Source: Dehalococcoidia bacterium (GTDB taxonomy: Bacteria > Chloroflexota > Dehalococcoidia > UBA2979). Taken from it: a stretch of DNA of 64,000 nucleotides. Where the stretch lies: NCBI GenBank assembly GCA_963667465.2, contig CAXXDN010000001.1:512001-576000 (forward strand). The letters run 5' to 3'. The first letter of the stretch is position 1. Each line of letters opens with the position of its first letter. A model generated the notes under the pieces. It saw nothing but the letters and a program-made list of their open reading frames with translations. It ran no database searches and was not told where the DNA came from. Below are positions 28,860 through 38,474 of the stretch, one piece after another. Both the position numbers and the translations under genes were made by a program.

Positions 28860-29840
28860 CTAGCCCAGCACCTCGGGATTGACGATCGCGGGCGGCGTCG
28901 CGCCGCCCACGACGGCGATCAGGTTCCGCACCGCCAGCTCGCGCATCGCGCGCCGCGTCTCCACGGCGGCGGTGCCGATGTGCGGGAAGGTGATCACGTT
29001 CGGCAGCCGCACGATCGGGTCGTCCGGGTCCGGCGGCTCCGCCTCGAGCACGTCGAGGCCCGCGCCGGCAATCGTGCCGCTCTCGAGGGCCGCGACAAGC
29101 GCCACCTGATCGATCACCGGGCCGCGCGCCGTGTTCACGATGTAGGCGCTGGGCTTCATCAGCGCCAGCTCGCGCGCGCCGATCAGGTGGTACGACTCCG
29201 CCGTCAGGTTGGTGTGGATCGTCACGAAATCGGACTCGCGCAGCAGATCGTCGAGCGGACGGTAGGGCGCGTCCGCGACATCGTCGATCGTTGTAGTCGC
29301 GGCCCCCTCGAACACGTCGTACCAGATGATGCGCAGCCCGATCGCCTGCATGCGGCGCGCGACCTCGCGCCCGATCCGCCCGAAGCCGATCACGCCGAGC
29401 GTCTTGCCGTTGATCTCGTGGGCGAGCGGCGGGAGCGGCTCGCCGCGCGCCCAGGCGCCGCTGCGCGAGAAGGCCTCGAACTCCCAGAGCCGCCGCGCCA
29501 GCGAGATGATGATCGCCATCGTCAGGTCCGCGACGGCGGCGTTGAGGACGGCCGGCGTATTGCAGACCGCGACGCCGTGCCTCGTGGCCGCGGCGACGTC
29601 GATGTTGTTGTAGCCGACGGCGTGCTGAGAGACGACGCGCAGGCCGGGCACGGAGGCAAAGAACTCCTCGCCGAGACTGAAATGCGTCGGACTGATCATG
29701 CCGTCCACGCCGCGCAGCGCCGCGATCAGCTCCTCGAGCGACGCGCCCGGCTCGACGTGTACGACCTCGCAAGCGGCGGCGAGTTGCGCCGTGAGGTCGT
29801 CCTCGAGCGCGGTGGCGATGCAGATCGTGGGTCGGGTCAC
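28860..29840 (-). CDS. D-glycerate dehydrogenase/glyoxylate reductase family
   Basis: AVGYNNID, GVIGFGRIG, NTARG, GLDV..EP, PHIGTA. Confidence 0.88.
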   Translation of the reverse strand: MTRPTICIATALEDDLTAQLAAACEVVHVEPGASLEELIAALRGVDGMISPTHFSLGEEFFASVPGLRVVSQHAVGYNNIDVAAATRHGVAVCNTPAVLNAAVADLTMAIIISLARRLWEFEAFSRSGAWARGEPLPPLAHEINGKTLGVIGFGRIGREVARRMQAIGLRIIWYDVFEGAATTTIDDVADAPYRPLDDLLRESDFVTIHTNLTAESYHLIGARELALMKPSAYIVNTARGPVIDQVALVAALESGTIAGAGLDVLEAEPPDPDDPIVRLPNVITFPHIGTAAVETRRAMRELAVRNLIAVVGGATPPAIVNPEVLG

Positions 29841-29844
29841 CGCG

Positions 29845-30072
29845 CTAGAACCCCTCGTCGAGGGGGCCGCCGGGGTCGAGCACGGCGCCGTCGAGGGCGA
29901 TCAGGCTGGGGCGCTCGTTGCAGTAGATCTCGCTCTCGCACTTGTCGAAGCTGAACGCGCCGCGCTCCTTGTCGTAGCGGATCACCCACGTGCCGAGGAC
30001 GTGCCCTTCGCGGCCGAGTTCGGTCTGCCCGCGCAGCACCTCGATCAGCGCCTCGAGTTCCTTCGCGCCCAT
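29845..30072 (-). CDS. Small hypothetical protein (75 aa)
   Basis: ATG 30072 preceded by a GGAGGT SD; fills the gap upstream of the dehydrogenase on the same strand. Confidence 0.65.
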   Translation of the reverse strand: MGAKELEALIEVLRGQTELGREGHVLGTWVIRYDKERGAFSFDKCESEIYCNERPSLIALDGAVLDPGGPLDEGF

Positions 30073-30147
30073 CTCACACCTCCGCCGGTCCCGGAGCCCG
30101 CTTCCGCTCGGCGGGCACGCGCCTACAATATGCCGGGCGGGGGGCGC

Positions 30148-31221
30148 ATGAGCGACAAGGCGAGCAGCGGCAACTACTTCGAGGACCTCGAGACCGGTCT
30201 CGAGATCCGCCACGCCGTTCCGCGCACGCTCACCGAGGGCGACGCCGCGCTCTACATCGCGCTTACCGGCGACCGCTATCCGCTGCACTGCAACGCCGAG
30301 TTCGCCCGCGCGCTCGGCTACCCGCGTGAGACGATCAATGACCTGCTGGTCTTCCACACGGTCTTCGGCAAGTCCGTGCCCGACGTCTCCCTCAACGCCG
30401 TCGCCAACCTCGGCTACGCCGACGTGCGCTTCGGCGTGCCAGTGCTGCCGGGCGACACGATCAGCTCGACGACCACGGTGCTCGGCCGGCGCGAGTCGCG
30501 GGGCGGGGACACGGGCGTCGTCTGGGTGCGCACCACGGGTGTGAACCAGCGCGGCGAGGAAGTGCTGACGCTGATCCGCTGGGTGCTGATGAACAAGCGC
30601 GACCCCTCGACGCCGACCGGCGCGAACGACGCCCCGGAGACGCCCGAGGCCGTGGCCCCCGAGGCGCTGCGCGCGCCGGAGCAGCTCGATCTCTCGCGCT
30701 TCCCGGCGGAGGTCAGCGGCGGCCGCGCCTGGTGGGAGCACTACGAGCCGGGCGAGCGCATTCACCACGTCGACGGCATGGCGATCGAGGAGGCCGAGCA
30801 GCAGATCGCGACGCGCATGTACCACAACACGGCGCGCGCGCACTTCAACGCCTACGCCCTCGCGGACTCGCGCTTCGGGCGCCGCGTGATCTACGGCGGG
30901 CACATCATCTCGATTGCGCGGGCGCTGTCCTTCAACGGGCTGGAGCACGCCCTCGGCATCCTCGCCTTCAACGGCGGGACGCATAGCAACCCGACCTTCG
31001 CGGGCGACACGGTCTTCGCCTGGACGGACGTGCTCGAGCGCATCGACCTCGGCCGCGCCGACTGCGGCGCGCTGCGCCTGCGGCTCGTCGGCGTCAAGAA
31101 CGCCGACCCCGCGAGCGAGGATGTCGAGCTGAAGCAGACTTCCGGGGACGGGCGCGAGCGCTACCACCCGAACGTGGTGCTCGACCTCGACTACACCGTG
31201 CTGCTGCCTAGGGCGCGGTGA
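30148..31221 (+). CDS. mch: Double-MaoC dehydratase, mesaconyl-C1-CoA (2-methylfumaryl-CoA) hydratase-like
   Basis: GNYFEDL, VFGKSVPDVSLNAVANLGY, YHNTA..HF, YGGH.IS.ARALSFNGL, VLDLDY. Confidence 0.8.
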   Translation: MSDKASSGNYFEDLETGLEIRHAVPRTLTEGDAALYIALTGDRYPLHCNAEFARALGYPRETINDLLVFHTVFGKSVPDVSLNAVANLGYADVRFGVPVLPGDTISSTTTVLGRRESRGGDTGVVWVRTTGVNQRGEEVLTLIRWVLMNKRDPSTPTGANDAPETPEAVAPEALRAPEQLDLSRFPAEVSGGRAWWEHYEPGERIHHVDGMAIEEAEQQIATRMYHNTARAHFNAYALADSRFGRRVIYGGHIISIARALSFNGLEHALGILAFNGGTHSNPTFAGDTVFAWTDVLERIDLGRADCGALRLRLVGVKNADPASEDVELKQTSGDGRERYHPNVVLDLDYTVLLPRAR

Positions 31222-31267
31222 GAGGAAGACAGGAAGGCGCGGAGGCGCGCAGCGAACGGAGCAGGCC

Positions 31268-32929
31268 GTGACCAGCACCGGAGTGGACATCGACGCCGTC
31301 GCCGTCGCGCGCAGTCTCGTCGACGCGGCGGGCAGCGCCATCGACGCGGCGGTCGCGCACGCGGCCGGGGTCACCGAGGGCGGCGCGCTGATTGACGATC
31401 ACCAAGTGCACACCGAGCGCATCGCCTACCTCGCCACGCAGGTCCGCGCGGCGAGCGCGCTGGTCGCCTCCAGCGAGGCGCTGCGCGAGGCAGGCGTCCG
31501 CGACGAGCAGCAGGAGGACGCGGCCCTTGTCTACGCCGCCGAGGCGACGCACGCGCTGCGCTCGGCGATCGAGGCGGCCCGCGACGACTTCGGCATCGCT
31601 GCGGCCGCGGACGCCCTCGCTGCGCCCGAGCTGCGCTCGGCCGTGCGCGCCGGTCTCGATGAGTCGCGCGTGCGCGCACTCGGGCGCCGCGCGCTCGCCT
31701 CGCTCGGCGTCAACAACCTCGATCTGCGCGACGACGCGGCGCTGCTCACGCGCGAGACCGCGCGCGAGTTCGCGCGCAACGAGGTCGCCCCGATCGCGCA
31801 GGAGATCCACCGTGAGGACCTGCTGGTTCCGGACAGCCTGCTCGATCGCTTCTCCTCGCTCGGCTTCTTCGGCGCCTCGATCCCGGAGCAGTACGGCGGC
31901 ACCGGCATGGGTTACCTCCCGATGGTGGTGATGACCGAGGAGCTGTCGGCGGCCTCGCTCGGCGCGGCCGGCTCGCTGCACACGCGGCCGGAGATCCTGG
32001 CGCACGCGTTGCTGACGGGCGGCACGGACGCACAGAAGGAGGAGTGGCTCCCGAAGCTCGCCTCCGGCGAGGTGCTGGTCGCGATCGGCGTGACCGAGCC
32101 GGACGTCGGCTCGGACAACGCCAACCTCCAGGTGCGCGCGACGCCGACCGACGTCGACGGCGTGCGCGGCTGGCGCATCAACGGCGCGAAGGCCTGGAGC
32201 ACCTTCTCGGGTCGTGCCAACGTGATCTCGATGCTCGTGCGCACGAACCCGAACCCCGAGGCCGCCGGCCGCGGCCTCTCCGTGCTGATCGTTCCCAAGG
32301 ACGCGCACTACGGCCACGAATGGACGCAGACCCAGCCCGAGGGCGGCTCGATGAGCGCCACCGCCAACCCGACGCCCGGCTACCGCGGGATGCACTCCTT
32401 CACGGTCGCGATCGACAACTACTTCGTGCCGCACGCCAACCTCGTGGGCGAGGACGCCGGGATGGGCCGCGGCTTCGCGCTGCAGATGGGCGGCTTCGCC
32501 GTCGGGCGGCTGCAGACCGGCGGGCGTGCCTGCGGCGTCGCGCAGGCAGCGCTGGAGAAGGCCTGCCAGTACGTCACGCAGCGCGAGCAGTTCGGCAAGC
32601 CGATCGGCGAGTACCAGCTCACGCAGTTCCGCATCGGCGAGATGGTCGCCCGCCTCGCCGCCGCCCGGCAGCTCACGTACGCCGCGGCCAACGACTTCGA
32701 CTCGCGCGGCCTGCCCGCGCCGATGGCGAAGCTGCTTGCCTGCGATGTCGCCGTCGATGTTTCGCAGGCCGCGCAGCAGCTGCACGGTGGCTGGGGCTAC
32801 TCCGAAGAAGACCCGATCTCGCGCTACGTCTCCGATGCGCTCGTGCTCCCGATCTTCGAGGGCGTCAAGCCAATCCTCGAGCTCAAGGTCGTCGGTCGCC
32901 AGTTGCTCGCGGCTGCCGCCAGCCGGTGA
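31268..32929 (+). CDS. Long acyl-CoA dehydrogenase, (2S)-methylsuccinyl-CoA dehydrogenase-like
   Basis: N-terminal extension plus EELS.ASL...GSL.TRPEI, TEPDVGSD, GYRGM, RLQT..RA.GVA, IFEG; adjacent to mch. Confidence 0.75.
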   Translation: MTSTGVDIDAVAVARSLVDAAGSAIDAAVAHAAGVTEGGALIDDHQVHTERIAYLATQVRAASALVASSEALREAGVRDEQQEDAALVYAAEATHALRSAIEAARDDFGIAAAADALAAPELRSAVRAGLDESRVRALGRRALASLGVNNLDLRDDAALLTRETAREFARNEVAPIAQEIHREDLLVPDSLLDRFSSLGFFGASIPEQYGGTGMGYLPMVVMTEELSAASLGAAGSLHTRPEILAHALLTGGTDAQKEEWLPKLASGEVLVAIGVTEPDVGSDNANLQVRATPTDVDGVRGWRINGAKAWSTFSGRANVISMLVRTNPNPEAAGRGLSVLIVPKDAHYGHEWTQTQPEGGSMSATANPTPGYRGMHSFTVAIDNYFVPHANLVGEDAGMGRGFALQMGGFAVGRLQTGGRACGVAQAALEKACQYVTQREQFGKPIGEYQLTQFRIGEMVARLAAARQLTYAAANDFDSRGLPAPMAKLLACDVAVDVSQAAQQLHGGWGYSEEDPISRYVSDALVLPIFEGVKPILELKVVGRQLLAAAASR

Positions 32930-32950
32930 CATCGGGGTAGGGGGCTACCG

Positions 32951-33400
32951 ATGCGGATCGCCGTCGCCTCCGATCACGCCGGGTTCGCCTACAAGCAGTC
33001 GATCAGCGCCTTCCTCGCGGGCGAGGGGCACGAGGTGGTGGACTTCGGCACGGACTCGGAGGGGTCGTGCGACTACCCGCTCTTCATCCGTCCCGCCGCC
33101 GAGGCGGTCGGCCGAGGTGAGTGCGAGCGCGGCATCGTCGTCGGCGGATCGGGGAACGGCGAGGCGATCACGGCGAACCGCGTGGCGGGCGTGCGCTGCG
33201 CGCTCTGCTGGAGCGTCGAGTCGGCGGAGCTGGGCCGCCGCCACAACGACGCCAACATGATCTCGATCGGCCAGCGCATGATCAGCGAGGAGACCGCCCT
33301 CGCAATCGTCCGCACCTGGCTCGAGGAGCCGTTCGACGGCGGCCGCCACGCCCGCCGCATCGGGCAGATCGACGCCCCGCCGGCGGGCGCCCCCTCGTGA
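32951..33400 (+). CDS. rpiB: Ribose-5-phosphate isomerase B
   Basis: ASDHAG, DYP, GGSGNGE, RHNDAN, GGRH.RRI. Confidence 0.93.
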   Translation: MRIAVASDHAGFAYKQSISAFLAGEGHEVVDFGTDSEGSCDYPLFIRPAAEAVGRGECERGIVVGGSGNGEAITANRVAGVRCALCWSVESAELGRRHNDANMISIGQRMISEETALAIVRTWLEEPFDGGRHARRIGQIDAPPAGAPS

Positions 33401-33651
33401 GCGACGAGGGTGCGGCGACGGCGCACGAGCACGGCGAGGAGTGCGACGCGCTCTACCACGAGTGGCGGCGCTACCACGCGGCGGTGATCGACCCGGCGGG
33501 CCGCTACTCCCGCCAGCAGCAGCTGCTCGCGCGCCACGAGCGTGAGCGCTTCGAGCGCCAACTGCGCGCGATCGGCTGCTCGGGCGAGGCGCGCCGCGAG
33601 GCGGAGCGCGACGCCGAGATCGCCGAGCACGGCCACCCGACGCTGGCCTGA
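33397..33651 (+). CDS. Small His/Cys-containing hypothetical protein (84 aa)
   Basis: GTG overlaps the rpiB stop (GTGA); fills the gap before 33666. Confidence 0.65.
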   Translation: MSDEGAATAHEHGEECDALYHEWRRYHAAVIDPAGRYSRQQQLLARHERERFERQLRAIGCSGEARREAERDAEIAEHGHPTLA

Positions 33652-33665
33652 GCGCGATCGCCCGC

Positions 33666-34616
33666 GTGTCCGAGCCGCGCACTCCCAACCTCCCCGGCTC
33701 CGATGAGTGGCCGACCTGGACGCTGATCGAGCGCGAGCGGCTGGAGGTGGCGCGCGAGGAGCGTCCCTTCCTCGAGGCCGCCGCGGGCCTGGTGACGGAG
33801 TTCGGGGAGCTGGCCGCCCTGCTGGTTCGGGCCTGGTCGCCGCCACCCGAGGACGCCCGGGCGTCCGCGCGCGACGAGGCGATCCTCTGCGCGCTCACGG
33901 TGCGCATCGTGAAGCTGACACGCCGCCTCGCGGCCGAAACCTACGAGGGCCGCGCGGAGCTGCAGCTGCTGCTCGACCGCGAGATCTTCGTCTCCACCTC
34001 GGCGATGGCCTACCTGCTGCGCGGCAGCGGCGAGCGTTTCGAGGCGTTCGTGCGCGACAGCCTGCGCGCCGATCGCGCCGTCTGGCGGCACCTCGACGGA
34101 AACCGCGATCTGCGCGCCGGCGAGGTGCTGCCGATGGAGCAGCGCATGCGCGATCGCCTCGCGCGCTCCTTCGAGCTCGGGGGCGTCGACCCGGAGGAGG
34201 ACGACGAGGCCGAGTCCGGCTGGCCTTCGCTCGACGAGCAACTGGCGGCGATCGGCGAGCCGGCCGCGCACCGCATGCACCAGCTCGGCGCGGACAGTAT
34301 CCACGGCCTCTGGAACGAGCTGCACACCCACCACCTGCGCGCCGGGGAAGCAGCCGCGGGCGATCTCGAACCGCGGCTGGAGTGGACGGCGGCGCAGGTG
34401 CAGCCGCTCACCGCCGTCGCCATCCAGGCGAGTCGTGTGATGGCGGCCTGGTCGCGCCGCATCGGCCACGAGGCAGCCGAGGCGTTCCGCGACAAGTTTC
34501 TGGATCTCGCGGGGCGCGCCGCCCTCGTCGATCGCTTCCACGAGGAGTACCTGGCGCGATCGGAGCGGCCGGGGATGGACGACCTCGCGGGCGGCTCGGA
34601 GGGCGCGGGCGGCTGA
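33666..34616 (+). CDS. Hypothetical helical protein (DUF5677-like)
   Basis: Long ORF with host-like codon usage; L..R.IF and S..IHG.W..L...HL patterns. Confidence 0.6.
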   Translation: MSEPRTPNLPGSDEWPTWTLIERERLEVAREERPFLEAAAGLVTEFGELAALLVRAWSPPPEDARASARDEAILCALTVRIVKLTRRLAAETYEGRAELQLLLDREIFVSTSAMAYLLRGSGERFEAFVRDSLRADRAVWRHLDGNRDLRAGEVLPMEQRMRDRLARSFELGGVDPEEDDEAESGWPSLDEQLAAIGEPAAHRMHQLGADSIHGLWNELHTHHLRAGEAAAGDLEPRLEWTAAQVQPLTAVAIQASRVMAAWSRRIGHEAAEAFRDKFLDLAGRAALVDRFHEEYLARSERPGMDDLAGGSEGAGG

Positions 34617-34623
34617 GCGGCGG

Positions 34624-35130
34624 TTACGCGGGAGGCGTCACCACCGGCGGCGGCCGGGTGGCCACGTAGTCCTCGACGTAGAGCAGGTTGTCGCCGGCGC
34701 GGCGCACGACCTTGAGCAGGTCGTCCATCGTCGAGACCTCCTCAAGTTGCTCGTCGACGAACCACTGGAGGAAGCCGCGCGCGAGGTGATCGCGCTCCTC
34801 GATGGCGAGGTCCATGAGGTCGTCGAACGCCTTCGCGACGCGCAGCTCGGCGTCGAGGGCAAGCTGGACGGCCGCCTCAACAGAGTCGAAGCCTGCGTCG
34901 CCCTGCGGGATGGAGGGCACCTCGGCGACGCCGCCCGCCTCGGTGACGTAGTCGACGATCTTCTGGGCGTGCATCAGTTCCTCGGCGACCTGGGTGCGGA
35001 ACAGGCCGGCGAGCTGCGGGAGCGCCTCGCGGCTGAAGTAGGAGGAGATCATCGTGTACTGGATGGCGGCCCAGTACTCGTTGGCCAGGTGCTCGCTAAG
35101 CGCCTTCGCCATCCGTTCGGAGATCAGCAC
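34624..35130 (-). CDS. Ferritin
   Basis: NEY...Y, EELMHA.K, QWFVDEQLEE ferroxidase motifs. Confidence 0.9.
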   Translation of the reverse strand: MLISERMAKALSEHLANEYWAAIQYTMISSYFSREALPQLAGLFRTQVAEELMHAQKIVDYVTEAGGVAEVPSIPQGDAGFDSVEAAVQLALDAELRVAKAFDDLMDLAIEERDHLARGFLQWFVDEQLEEVSTMDDLLKVVRRAGDNLLYVEDYVATRPPPVVTPPA

Positions 35131-35211
35131 TGGCGTAGTCCTCTCTGAGTCTATGTGTCTATTTTACCGCTGCGGGGTGCGGAAGACGATTCGAGCTTCC
35201 GCAGCAGGCGC

Positions 35212-35505
35212 TCAGCCCGCCGGGAACAGCTCGCGCGCGCGGTCCGCGAACTGCGGTCCCGTCATGGGGCACCGCACAAGGTCGTCGAACTCATCGGGTG
35301 AGAGTTCAGTCACCTTGAGGAGGGAGCGCTGTACGGACTTGCTCCACTCGCTGTGCGCCTTCGGCATGATGACCCGAAAGAGCTTCCTGCCGTCGAGTGT
35401 GTACCAGCCCGATCGGTGTCTGCTCCCGGAGAGGCGGATTCCCAGCTTTGTCTCGAATGCTCGGCTCAGCGCTCTGGGCGCATAGCTACGGCGCGGACTG
35501 GACAT
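35212..35505 (-). CDS. Putative HicA-like toxin
   Basis: 97 aa, basic; GSRH, V.MPK.H, SPDEF; overlaps the upstream HicB-like gene. Confidence 0.5.
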   Translation of the reverse strand: MSSPRRSYAPRALSRAFETKLGIRLSGSRHRSGWYTLDGRKLFRVIMPKAHSEWSKSVQRSLLKVTELSPDEFDDLVRCPMTGPQFADRARELFPAG

Positions 35506-35878
35506 AGCGACGCAATACTGAGCGCATCACTCGCGTGTTTCGCGTCAACTCGGAGTCGGCAGCAGAGTTCAGGTCATGCCAGACGGTGTGAATCTCCTCG
35601 CGCAGGCTCTCGATGGCCTCGTTCTCGTTGCGGCCCATGCCGTAGAGGCCAGGCTCGATCCAGCGAGCGACCGCGTCGTCTGCGCTCTCCTCGACGAGGA
35701 TCGGAATCGGCTGATGCAGTTCCAGTCCTGGCAACACGGACAACTCGGCGGGGTAGGCGGCCTCGTCAGCGAGATCACGGACCTGGCGTCCGAGGTCCTC
35801 CACCGCGCGTTCGAGTTCGGCCAGCCGTTCCTCGAACGACATCGCCGGCGTGTCCGCGACCCGTGCCTCAGTTGTCAC
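35486..35878 (-). CDS. Putative HicB-like antitoxin (start uncertain)
   Basis: PILVEES...VARWIEPGLYGMGRNENEAIESLREEI resembles the HicB partial RNase H fold. Confidence 0.55.
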   Translation of the reverse strand: MTTEARVADTPAMSFEERLAELERAVEDLGRQVRDLADEAAYPAELSVLPGLELHQPIPILVEESADDAVARWIEPGLYGMGRNENEAIESLREEIHTVWHDLNSAADSELTRNTRVMRSVLRRYVQSAP

Positions 35879-36013
35879 GTTGTGTCTCCAGGCTGTCGGC
35901 AAGCGGTGTGCGCACCATGAGGATCATACGCTCTCGGCAGGTGCGCCGCGTGGCGGGTTACTCGGCGGCCCCTGCCGTTAGGTTGGATGCTCGCACAGCT
36001 GACAAGAGTGTGC

Positions 36014-36229
36014 CTACTGCTCGTAGAGCTTGACCACCCGCACGGCGTCGCCCGCGGCCTCGATGCAGAGGTCGCAGAGGGTGCACTCGTCGAGGTTGGA
36101 CTCGACGGTTTCGAGGCGCTCGCCCTCGAGGGCGAAGATGTCGACGGGGCAGATCTCGGTGAGGCGGGCGCGGAGATCTGCGTCCTGCTGGACGGAGTCG
36201 TCGATGTCGACGCGGATGAACATCGCCAT
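36014..36229 (-). CDS. 4Fe-4S ferredoxin
   Basis: ICPVDIF and ECTLCDLC. Confidence 0.8.
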   Translation of the reverse strand: MAMFIRVDIDDSVQQDADLRARLTEICPVDIFALEGERLETVESNLDECTLCDLCIEAAGDAVRVVKLYEQ

Positions 36230-36231
36230 GG

Positions 36232-37149
36232 CTACGCTGTCCCCCCGTCCGAGGCATCCAGTCGTTCGCGCAGCAGCGCCGGAATCTCCTCGATACGTTC
36301 GGCGACGGCGATCCCGGCCGCCTCGAGGCGCGCGATCTTGTCGGCGGTCGTGTCGGCGCGGCCCTCGACGATCGTGCCGGCGTGGCCGAAGCGCATGCCG
36401 GGCATCTCGTCCATGAAGCGCCCCGCCATGAACGCCACCACCGGCAGCCGCGATGCGTGCTCCGCCATATGCGCCGCCAGCTGCGCCTCCATCGGCCCGC
36501 CCGGCTCCGAGTAGATCGCGATGCCCTGCGTCTGCTCGTCCGCCTCGAAGAGCGGCATCAGCTCAGCGTAGGTGGAGCCGATCATCGCGTCGCCGCCGAT
36601 CGAGACAGCGGTCGAGACGCCGAGGCCGGCCTCGGAGAGCGCGTTCGCAATCTCCGTCGTCATCCCGCCGGACCGCGACATCACGCCGACCACGCCGGGC
36701 ACGAAGGCGCGTCGCGTCGCGTCGGCTGCCCCACCGATGCCGCCCATCTTCGACTTGCCCGGCGAGATCACGCCCAGGCAGTTGGGGCCGATGATGCGCG
36801 CGCCCTCCTGCGAGGCGTACTCGATGGCGCGCGCGACCTGCGCGCGCGGGATGCGCTCCGTGACGACGACGATCAGCTTCACGCCCGCCTCGATCGCCTC
36901 GAGCACGGCGTCGGCGGCGAAGGCGGGCGGTACCGCGACGATCGAGCCGTCGACGTGCAGCTGCTCCGTGAGCGCGCGCACGGTGTCCTCGACGGGCACG
37001 CCGTGTACGTCGCGGCCCTTGCGGCCGGGCGTCACGCCGCCCACGACGCGCGCGCCGTAGTCGAGCAGCTCGCGGGTCATCGTCACCGCCTCGCGGCCGG
37101 TGATGCCCTGGATGATGAAGGTGCTGTCGGCGTCGATCAGGATGGACAC
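36232..37149 (-). CDS. Succinate-CoA ligase alpha-like subunit
   Basis: QGITG, GGVTPG, IIGPNCLG, SRSGG, SIGGD, phospho-His motif FGHAG. Confidence 0.88.
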   Translation of the reverse strand: MSILIDADSTFIIQGITGREAVTMTRELLDYGARVVGGVTPGRKGRDVHGVPVEDTVRALTEQLHVDGSIVAVPPAFAADAVLEAIEAGVKLIVVVTERIPRAQVARAIEYASQEGARIIGPNCLGVISPGKSKMGGIGGAADATRRAFVPGVVGVMSRSGGMTTEIANALSEAGLGVSTAVSIGGDAMIGSTYAELMPLFEADEQTQGIAIYSEPGGPMEAQLAAHMAEHASRLPVVAFMAGRFMDEMPGMRFGHAGTIVEGRADTTADKIARLEAAGIAVAERIEEIPALLRERLDASDGGTA

Positions 37150-37151
37150 GG

Positions 37152-38375
37152 CTACCCGCCCCCATTCCCGGCGGCGGCTGCGGCCTTCTCGACCGCGCGC
37201 TGCGCCGCCTCGTGCATCGAGACGGAGCGGTCCACGTACTCGACGCCGTAGCGCTCGAGGATCTTGACGCCCTCTTCCTCCCACGAGCCGGGGATGCGGA
37301 AGATCGCGATCGCCTCGGCGGGGTCGCGACCGGCCTCGACCACGCCCTTGATCACGCCGCGCGCCATGATGTCGACGCGGGTGTTGGAGACGACGTTCAT
37401 CATCACGGCGATCTTCTCGACGCCGGGCTTGGACATCACCAGCCTGGTCAGCGCCGCCGCCTTTGCGACCGAGGGGTTGCCGCCGATCTCGCAGTAGTTC
37501 GCCGGATCGCCGCCGGCCCCGCGCACGGCGTCGAACAGCGTCAGCGAGCCACCGCCCGCGCCGATGATCAGCCCGAGGTTCCCGCCGAATTCGACGACGC
37601 GGCCGGCGACGCCGCGCGTGTCGGCGGCGTCCACCTGCGCGCCGGCGATCTCGAAGTCCGTCGGCGGGCGCGCCTGGCGCGTGTCCTCCTCGGGAATGCC
37701 GAGCTCGGCGAGGAGCCGTGCGTGCGTGCCGCGCGCCTCCTCCTCCATATCGATGTGCGAGTCGAGGGCGACGAAGGCGCCGCCGGCGAGGCGGCCGATC
37801 GGGTTGATCTCGGCCAGCGTCAGGTCGTACGCGAGGAAGACCTGCACGAGCGCGCCGACGATGCGGCTGAGCCGGTTGAGCTCGTTGCCAGTCACGCCAG
37901 TGCGCGAGACGGCCAGCTTCGCCTCGAAGTCCGAGACGGGGCGCAGGTTGGAGAGGTGCGTGCGCGAGAGGTGCTCCGGGTGCTGCTCGGCGACCTCCTC
38001 GATGTCGATGCCGCCCATGTCGCTGAAGATCACGACCGGGCGGCGCACGGCGGCGTCCCAGGTGACGGCGGCGTAGTACTCCTGCTCGACCGCGCCGCGC
38101 TCCTCGACGAGCACGCCCATCGGCTCCAGCCCGTTGATCTCGATGCCGAGGATCGCCGCGGCGGCCTCGGCGGCTTCCTCGGGCGTATCGGCGAAGCGCA
38201 CGCCGCCCGCCTTCATCCGTCCGCCGCTGAGCACCTGCGATTTGAGTACGACGGGGCCACCGAGGTCGCTCGTGGCTGTGGCGGCTTCCTCGGGGGTGAG
38301 GGCGACGCGGCGCTGCGGCAGCGGCACGCCGTGCCGCGCCAGCAGGTCCTTCGCCTCGTGCTCGTAGAAGCGCAT
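37152..38375 (-). CDS. Succinate-CoA ligase beta-like subunit (ATP-grasp), divergent
   Basis: YEHEAK, KSQV..GGR.KAGG, GG.DIEEV, EINP; has GAGGGSL in place of the SucC NGAGL motif. Confidence 0.85.
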   Translation of the reverse strand: MRFYEHEAKDLLARHGVPLPQRRVALTPEEAATATSDLGGPVVLKSQVLSGGRMKAGGVRFADTPEEAAEAAAAILGIEINGLEPMGVLVEERGAVEQEYYAAVTWDAAVRRPVVIFSDMGGIDIEEVAEQHPEHLSRTHLSNLRPVSDFEAKLAVSRTGVTGNELNRLSRIVGALVQVFLAYDLTLAEINPIGRLAGGAFVALDSHIDMEEEARGTHARLLAELGIPEEDTRQARPPTDFEIAGAQVDAADTRGVAGRVVEFGGNLGLIIGAGGGSLTLFDAVRGAGGDPANYCEIGGNPSVAKAAALTRLVMSKPGVEKIAVMMNVVSNTRVDIMARGVIKGVVEAGRDPAEAIAIFRIPGSWEEEGVKILERYGVEYVDRSVSMHEAAQRAVEKAAAAAGNGGG

Positions 38376-38474
38376 CGGCCGCTCCTCGGGTCTCGCCTCG
38401 CTTCAGCGCGCACTATGCCACGGCGCGGCCTACGGGGGCAGGGGGCGATGCGCGCGGGTATCATCCATCGGGAC

